DNA of 64,000 nucleotides from Setoptus koraiensis (Eukaryota; Animalia; Arthropoda): NCBI GenBank assembly GCA_048013815.1, contig CM106586.1, positions 1,302,001 to 1,366,000 of the forward strand, read 5' to 3'. Shown piece by piece: positions 55,463 to 64,000 of this stretch (position 1 is its first letter; each line of letters starts with the position of its first letter). The notes under the pieces were generated by a model. It saw only the letters and a program-made list of their open reading frames with translations, ran no database searches and was not told where the DNA came from. The position numbers and the translations under genes were made by a program.

Positions 55463-58400
55463 TTGTAGCCAGTCTCAAGAGCTATCTAAAACAGTGCCAT
55501 TGGTAGCCCGACTTTGATATACTCGTGTCAGAGTTTAGTTTTCGCCCAATTAGTAAAGTAAACAAAATCTTCTATACTCCGGTAATTCAGTTGAAAACCG
55601 TTACTGGAAGGGCCTCAACGGTAGTAGATTCAGAGATCGAATTGCGATAAATTGTAATATTAAGATAAAGATAATATCCGACAAGGAGATTAGTTGCATG
55701 AGAGTTTTATTATTCGTTCGGTACCAATGGCACCGTTAGCTGATGAAAGGCCCTGCGAGGTGCACTGAGTCTGCCCAACCCATATGGCGAGACAAAAGAA
55801 GCCAAATAATATGAAATTTATAAATATTGTCGCCAGTTTTTCTGCTCGGTCGAGTGGAAGTCAGAAGTTGTTCTTTGAATAAAATTGTATCTGGCCTTTC
55901 GGAAGGCCCCATCCTTTGGCGCCACCTATCATCCTACTCTGGTTGTCGTTACGCATTTCGGATTGTATTGGATTGTTGTAACTATAGATTGTGAGAATTA
56001 ATTGGTTGGTTTAGTTGCAATTTTCCGAAAAAAACATTTCGTGATATTCATTTTAGGGATGTCTAATAACCACATTATATCATAAAGCGTTTCTTCGGAG
56101 ACGTTCGATATTATGTTTTATGAATTACTAACCCGACCGAAATTCAGTCATTCATAGTTAAAATCGGCTACCCGAATATTCTCTAATAGCACAACTCGCA
56201 TTTAGTTCTAAACTCAACTGACAGTTATTGTTATTTGATTCGAACAATTAGAACTCAGCCCAAGCCGTTAGGTTTGTCAGACAACCATCAAATTACTGGA
56301 CCTCTGAAAACTCAGTCAATCCGGCCAGTTGACGAAATATTCAGCGTTAATCTCGTGTCCAAGATACCGAATGTAAACAAATTCATCTCAACCCCCCGAA
56401 CGAGATTCGGCAAACCATTTTTACGTTTTTTGCCTGGTTCAGGCAATGCTCCCGGTTTTTCCGGTACTACAGGGGCCGCTGAGCGCTATGGAAAAATACA
56501 TGCGCTTTTACATGTAGTGTTACATTGATTTTCCATTCGATCTCTGTCAAATTCTCTCATGATACATTGTCAGATGCCAATTGAGTAAAATGAAATTAGT
56601 TATGTTGAAACATTTGAGATTTGCTGTTATTTGTTGTTTCTTGATATTATTTTGTTGAAATTCTTGCTTTTTCATTACTAAAGTATTTAGAAACTGATTG
56701 AAAAACGCAACCAACGAAACACAGAAAGAAAGGGGCACAAAGAAACACAAACAAGTATAGATAGAGAGGTTGCATAGTAGCAACGACGAATATTAATAAT
56801 AGGACTGACCTATTGGACTCATCAAAAAACTACAATATAGACAAGTGGAGGCTCTTCGTAGATTGTAATAAGATTTTTCATCAAACAGAGGCCCAACTTC
56901 CACAAACAAATTGTTTATCGGTAGTGTCAAATTTGTGCATTATTATTTATTTTTTGCCTCATTCGTCAGAGAAATCTTGTGCATTCGTCGGAATGGAAGC
57001 ACGATGACCGTGTTCGTTGGTACTCTCGCTGGCGTGTGGCAGCCCCTCATGACGAGGAGAGTACAATTTCCGTTGGTGCCCAGCAACTATCATCAATTCA
57101 AAACGATCGAAAGCAGACCGATCCGATCCGACCCGAATCAAATCGATTCCGTTAGCGGGCCAATCGAAACGTTCTAGTTGCACTGTTCGGATTGATTTAA
57201 CCCGACAACCAAGGCCCGGACTGAAACCGATTCAATTGAATTCAGTCTGATGTAATTTCATCGAAATGATTCGAATCGGATCATATAAAATATCGACTGG
57301 CTAAAATGGAAGCAAAATGGAATCAATTGCATTCCAATAGAAGGGCATTAAGCACAGATGACGTGAATACAGTTCGTTGTTGCGGATCAGTCAGCTCAGT
57401 GGGCCTCGATCTGTTTGCTTCTGCCATTGGCCAATGGTATTTATCGTTGTAACTATGTGCACTTTTGAAGCGGCATGTAAACTGTGTATCATCCAACAAT
57501 GACAGTTCACCCGATGTTTCCCAGTCAGCCGATTTTGTTCGATGGGCGCCCTAGACATATATACACTACACAATGATAGTAGTTTGATGTGTCTAAAGGT
57601 GGTACAACCAGAGAGAAGAAATTCCCTCAGTTTAGTGGGGGGGGGGCGAGAGTTGCCCAGTTTGCAATCATGGTATTTATTTATCTTCTGTCTGGCCCCC
57701 TAAATTATCCCTGCCACTCCCACAACTGGGGCCCCGTCCAAGCAACCTTTCCGGGCTACTAGAAAGCTCGCAAGTTTGCTGCTAAGTTCAATAAAGCGAA
57801 TGAGATTATCATGTGATCTTATCATGTGATAGCATCCTGTGTTAGCCCAGATTGGCCCAGATAGAGCAATAGCAATAGTAATATTAGTGCCAAAGCCGGT
57901 GCTGGTAGTTATTATCATTATTATACAGAATACACTATATACTGGAGTGTGGTGTATGTCGGCTTATTATTATCATTATTATTATTATTATTTTGGTAGT
58001 GGTGTATAGGTAGTCTCAATAACAGCATCGAACATTACCACTTTGTAATAATGTTTCTCTATCAATGTTTTTACCTAGCTGGGGTTTTTTCTCTCTACTT
58101 TCTACTATAGTTGGCTACTATAATAGAGAGTGGTAACTATAGTAGCCAACTACCATCACTAAGTAACGTTGCGTAACTTAGGTCATTCATACAATCAGTC
58201 CTTTCTATTCAATTAATAGGTATACTCGTATTGACCGTTCTAGTTATACTATGATTCTAAGTGGATTACTCAGTTTGCCTGCCAGATGCCCAACTGAATA
58301 TCACAACCTAAAGTGAGCCTAGTGATCCGCTGATATCATAATAATAATCATCATTGAGTCCAGATTACGGGATCTATGAACTCTCTTGACTGTCTCGAAG

Positions 58401-60193
58401 CCTACTCAAGCACTTTTCTCAAAACAAATGTTAGAAATGAAAGAGACGCTACTGTCCATAAGGACCATAGATTACCGATGCAAATACTTTTTTTCGTTGA
58501 ATAAATTGAGAAGTCGACGCACTTGACATATCCAATATTATATTATAAACTTTGCAGCAAAAGTGATTGTGAGAGCACTTGAGCAGTGAACTTTGGCCGA
58601 TTCGTCGACGAACAGGAAAGTCGAGGCTTGAAATTTGCGAGCGTCACAGCGAAGGTTAGACCCACAAATAGGAACTGCTCGTAACCAGTGAATACGACTT
58701 CAGGTCTACATTTTTTTCATTGCTTTTGGATATCACAGGCAAGAAAAAATGAACTTTTCAAAAAGTTATTGGACGTTTTGGCGATAATGATGGCGTAGCT
58801 GTGTGTATGTGCGCTCTAGTTAACTACAAATTATCTAAATTAACTTGACACAAGAGCTCCTGGAATTCTTCTCTGGGCTGCCCTTATACAAGGACCGAAT
58901 TGTTGGGGTAACTTCTCATTTTCTGCCTATACTCGTATGTGCCAGCTTACTTTGTCCGACACCCACAAAAGCCTAAACCGAAATACGTTTAGAGCATAAC
59001 GAGCAGCTAAAATTATAGAACTAACTCCGCTCGAAGGTAGTTTGAAATGATAGCCATAAAAGGCTCTGCAGCCTCTCTGATTATTAGTTTGGAAATGTAT
59101 TTACGTGCTCGGTTTTGTGCTTTACAATGAAAATATTTTTTAATTAACTATGAACCAGCGCCACAACCCTAACAACTTACATGCAATGATGATATTGTTG
59201 TTGATCTATTTTTACTGTCGCGAAAATAGATAATTGTTTTGCTAGTTAATTTGTCTTTACGATTCTAACTTATTATCGAGAAACGTGGCCTCTATTGGAG
59301 AATCTCCAATGGACGCCGAGAGGAGAATGTTATCGCAACAAATTCAAGTGTAGTTTTTGTTCGAGACTTTCCGGAACCATCATAAACTCCATGAAAATAC
59401 TACATGAAGGATCAGCAATACCAGAGTTTTACTTCTATTAATTTTACCTCATTCGGATAAAAACTATTTCTCCATGCATTCGTCTACCTATCTTTCTAAT
59501 GTTGATAATATAATATTATTGGTCAGACCTCTAAAGGAACCAGTTTGCAAGTATGATTCGTTCATGCTCTAGAAATTTAGTTCAAATTCTGTTGCTCTCT
59601 AACCATGAAAATCGAGGTTACATAGAGCGAAAGACCACATAAAAACCATATACCTCACTAGAAGGCCATCTGTTTATTTATCAACCGGTTGAAGCGCTGA
59701 GTATTGTTTTTCTATCTCAATTTATTTTTGTTAGAATATTGTCTGATACATTTGCTCCTCTGGCTTGCAGGCACTATGAGTGCTTTTTGAATTGATTGAA
59801 TCAATTTGATTCCAGGAGAAATGAGTCAGGTATCATTGGGCCGTTATGGGTAGTAGTTAAAGATTGTCTACAAATGGTCTTCGCTCGCCGCAAGGAAATG
59901 GTTTATCGGATTTCCTTTGTTGGAAGGAACAAATTCCGATGTTTCTTGGATTGAATACTGATTGACCAGTTCGTGTGAGTGGGAAAGAACACAAACGTTT
60001 AATCGGCGATATGATTGACGTGATCCGATCGTGGGCGAAAATATCGAGAACAACTTACCTTCGCTTCATCGACGTCAACCTTAAGCATCAGATCTTTGGG
60101 GTCCAATTACCTCTAGTTTGGAAGCGATGAGCTTGTTTTCTCCACAACAATCTGCCATGAAACGGGGAATAATCACTTTGCCTCCGGCTTTAT

Positions 60194-60465
60194 TCAGATT
60201 GTACACGAGCTGGTGCATTTCCAGGCTGGCCCACAATCACTCTTACTTGAACATTTAACATATTTAAAATCCTGCGAGTATCCTTTAGTCGTGTAGCACC
60301 ATTCAACTGGACTAACATCAAAGGTTAAACCGCCTACACAATATGCCCAACAATAACCCTTATGGCATCCATGTTGGTCCTCTTCCTCAAGTAGGCATGA
60401 AACTGTTGTTAGCAAAATCGCCAGAATTACGACTCCGAATGCAGCGAAAATCTAATTGACGGCAT
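60194..60465 (-). CDS. Small secreted 8-Cys peptide resembling the Tha p 2-type cysteine-rich domain; one-base frameshift in the signal peptide
   Basis: Mature part GCHKGYCWAYC...VEWCYTTKGYSQDFKYVKCSSKSDCGPAWKCTSSC. The upstream in-frame leader is IFAAFGVVILAILLTTVSC. ATG 60465 joins it if the T4 run (60447-60450) is T5, giving MPSIRFFAAFGVVILAILLTTVSC. Confidence 0.75.
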
Positions 60466-62717
60466 CGTTTTTTGTGTATTAACTGAGCGAAAATAAATTG
60501 GTCAGATGTTCGGGTGACTGAAATCAAAGTTTTGTTTAGTTTCTTGCTACGGTTTCTGATTGAGATTAGTTTGAGGTTAGCTTGACGTGAACTCATGAAG
60601 ATTTTCGACGAATGAAAGGAAAAGTTAGCTCCATGATTTTACTGCTGTTTGTCACTCGGGTCGAAAAATAGGTGCCCCAATAGTTGAAGGAGTGTCTCAT
60701 TGCCAAATCATTATCCTTGACATGAAGGGTTTTCCACTTGCTTTCAACTAGAAAACAAGTTTCGATGAATGAACATCTGATGAGCCAGATTAGAAAAATT
60801 CCATGCTTCTACAATTGTGAATTGTCGATCAAATGTAGTTACGACTCATTCCGACAGGTAATTCGAGCGATCAATATTGTAATAATATCAAGTGACAACC
60901 GAACTCTTCTTCCTTCGCCAATACTGTTTGATATCATAGCGATTGGAATAGTTCTGCTTGTTTCTCATTCTAGCTCGAGGTGCTGAAAGATGTCATGGAT
61001 TTCTTCCATACCAAACTGAACAACTAGACTAACACAATTATAGCTATGCGCTCAGAAATTATACATCCGGTGACGTTGCCATCTTTCTCAACTTCCTTTT
61101 GCAAGATTCGTCTCATCCTCAAATGTTCGTATAATTGAAAGAAAACCTGTGGTATATTTAGGGATGCGGTTACATTTTGTCGATCCAGAGTGGTCAATTT
61201 GACAAAACTAGATGGCACAATCCGCTCAAGTTTTCACTTAGACCGATATCGATTGCCATTCAGATGCTCACCGGTATAAACTAATTTCCAGAGAATCCGC
61301 TCGACGAAAATTTAATGGAAAATAGACGGACAGCAGAGGTTCTTCTCTCGCAGACCCATTCAATGGGCCTTCTCAATGGAGGCTTTGTTCATAGTTTATT
61401 TGTCTCTATCCGTGCAAAATTGTTGCTGATGCCAATCGACGGTCTGGTAATTCTATTCATATTGGGTAATATCTGGCTTTGTTCGTTCGTTCTTCAATCT
61501 ATTAACTGATTGAGCTTGTCGTTTGATATCAATCACAAAAGCTTACATGGATTTGTCTTTTTATTTCTTTTTTTTTTGCATCACTGTTAGCACTATGAGT
61601 CAGACATAGAAAAGGCAAACTTGCATAGATATCTTTACATAGGCTATCCAGCGAAAGAATTGTTGTGGTGCTTACATCATATGCGCGTAAGTCTTTTTGG
61701 ATTCAATTTGGCTCGCAATGTGGTGGCGTCTGCAGCTAGATTTGGCTTAACGATCGAGATTATTCTCTAAGCGCAAAATAAGCTCTTGCTGGCTTTTTGA
61801 CTTTTCTATTTACCTGTTTATCTAGACTCTTAGGAGGAAAACCACCTTAGACCACCATAGACATTTTGGGTTGCTATCTTACAGCTCAAGTCCTATGACT
61901 AAGTCTCATAATGGTCGCACTCTTCTTCTCTTCGGTTTTGATAGTTAAGCCCTGGCTCGGCCACGGAAGAGGGGCACTGAGATGGCTAGCGAAAGCGGTT
62001 AGGCCGAGCGAAAAGATTAGAATAGAACAATCAAGCCAGATCTTGTGTCATCAATCAATGGACTCAAGATCTGGCTACAACACTGCACCTGTCTTTACTA
62101 TCTGTAGTTATTGTTGATGCCATCAGGGGTTCTAGCTAAATGGTTTATGTTGCTGAGGGTAGGTGCATTTAATATTTAGGATTGATTTTTGACGGAATCA
62201 TCGGAGAGTAAATTTGACCTTATCCCAGTTTTTCTCGAGTTCTTCAACTTGAAAGAGGAGAAAGAGTAATAGTAGATGGATTTTCTTGGATTCTGCCCAC
62301 CCTCTCTGAAAGTCTCAACAATCAAGCATCGGTTTAATAGTGCTACGTGAAACAAATACAAAATATAAATCTACTGAGGTCTTTGTAGGGTCGCACAAGA
62401 AGAGATGACGTTTGGTTGTGATTGTACAATTGTAGTTTGGACAATCATAAAAGACAGAGAGAATTTTTTTTCTTCAAAAAACAATGCCATAATGGTTCAA
62501 ATAAAGCGGCTATTAGTAAATGACATTTATAGTAAGGTTTATAAATGAGGGAAAACTAACGAGTAAGGCCAACGAAAACAACAATAACAATAACTATTAC
62601 TATGTTCAAGTTATATGAAACTACTGTTCGTCTTAATGATTTGTTAATATTGTGTTTGTTTTTTGTTTCGTTTCGTTTCAATTCGCAGTTGTCAGTTTGA
62701 TTTGTTTTGTTTGTTAG

Positions 62718-62898
62718 GTCGGGTCTCACCGCAACGACTGGCTAGATTGCGACAACCATTACAATCAATTGAACGGTGTCATTGGTTGTTGTTGTTGCTG
62801 TCGTTCGGAAGTCACTCTCGACAGCCTATCGATGACACCCTCACAGATGCTGCTGTTATCATGACTCTCGAGTTCTCAAAACATATGCAACAGCACAG
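62718..62898 (+). CDS. Weak candidate exon, possibly a further exon of the 43309 gene
   Basis: Strong polypyrimidine acceptor TTTGTTTGTTAG|G and donor CAG|GTAATG. Only the phase-1 frame is open, which matches the 51956 donor. No recognisable protein motif. Confidence 0.25.
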
Positions 62899-62968
62899 GT
62901 AATGCTTTTCACATCAGGTAATGATAAAATTTTTTCTTTAACATTAGCTCAATTATCGTTGTTAACTT

Positions 62969-63085
<117 letters not shown>

Positions 63086-64000
63086 TGTTGCTGCTTTTCA
63101 CTTGTAGTGATTCACTGCTAGCTGATTACAACGCGACTACTACTTCTACTATTTCTTCTACTAGACGAGCGTCATCATGCGAGGAGAGAAAAAGAAATTC
63201 TTCGATATTCATCGAGAAAAAAAAAACAAATTGTAGAAATGCAGAGAAAACAAATTAATTGAATTATCACGCAATTGGCATTGTTTCAACTGTATTAATG
63301 TAATCATAGTGTGAATGCCCGTGAATCACGACTAGCACATCGGCCCGTCATGCTAACCGTTGTGTCTGGCTAGCAATCGATCACAATTACGCGATACAAT
63401 TCAACCATTATATACATAATATATAGTAATGGCTAGACACATTGGCGCATTAAGAGAGTCACACCATAAGAGTCATCGATAAATCTAGTCAGTAGTTGCG
63501 ACTCTTGCTTGCGTTTAGCTTGCTTGTCTCTGTTTATTGACGCACCAGCCTGTTTTGTGAAATTTTTGAAAACTTGTCAGCAGTTCTTCTCTCCATCGCG
63601 TTTAGCTAGCGAGTCAGTCATTTACCTGTAAGTTGTAAGTATTATGTTGTTAGCTGTAACTTGTTGTGTTTGGCTATTGGGTTGTTTCATTGAACGCACA
63701 AATCTATTTGTCTTTTGTGAGCAATTGAGCCAACTATTGAGTCGACTATCGAGCCGACTATTCCAACACGACGACTCCATTCACATGTAATTCACATCTA
63801 ATCAAAAATTAAACTTACATTCACACTGACTCACACTGGACTCGAAACATCTGTTAGAGTGGATTGTTACAGCATTTATGTTTGTTTTATCTGTTGTTTG
63901 TGTTTCGTTTTTCGAATTATTCCATGCATTTGATAGATAGATTATGTGTCGTATCCGACATTTTATCGAAACAAGCCACAAGCGGGTCAAACACACACAC

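Noticed and set aside
60040-60110. MLKVDVDEAK followed by a GTAAGT donor (thioredoxin-like) on the minus strand
   Set aside because: An in-frame stop lies a few codons upstream with no acceptor after it, and there is no WCxxC motif.

Overview
Eukaryotic (animal) genomic DNA. It is AT-rich and gene-dense on the left, and several normally intron-rich genes are intronless (CEPT1, cytosolic LeuRS, ELOVL, SMYD). This pattern suggests a genome-reduced arthropod, probably an eriophyoid mite (inference, not proven). Bases 0.1-19.5 kb hold housekeeping genes: CEPT1, LARS1, ELOVL, a COMM-only COMMD8-like gene, a single-HMG TFAM-like gene, a double-module SMYD and MsrB. Bases 21.7-33 kb hold a cluster of orphan secreted or membrane proteins, including a head-to-head pair of distant paralogues, plus an intact mariner inserted in a Mutator-like relic. 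A 500-N gap follows, then about 9.4 kb of low-complexity sequence that looks like uncorrected read noise. Bases 43-64 kb look mostly intronic: candidate exons of an S/T/Q-rich gene, microsatellites, a hAT MITE nested in a mariner relic, and a small Cys-rich Tha p 2-like secreted peptide gene. The main finding is the cytosolic leucyl-tRNA synthetase. It keeps intact HLGH and KMSKS motifs but lacks about 130 aa of the CP1 editing domain, including the catalytic GTG...Asp segment, and the remaining T-rich motif is eroded. It is therefore a candidate proofreading-deficient LeuRS in an animal. All reference-protein comparisons are from recalled sequences; no database search was run.
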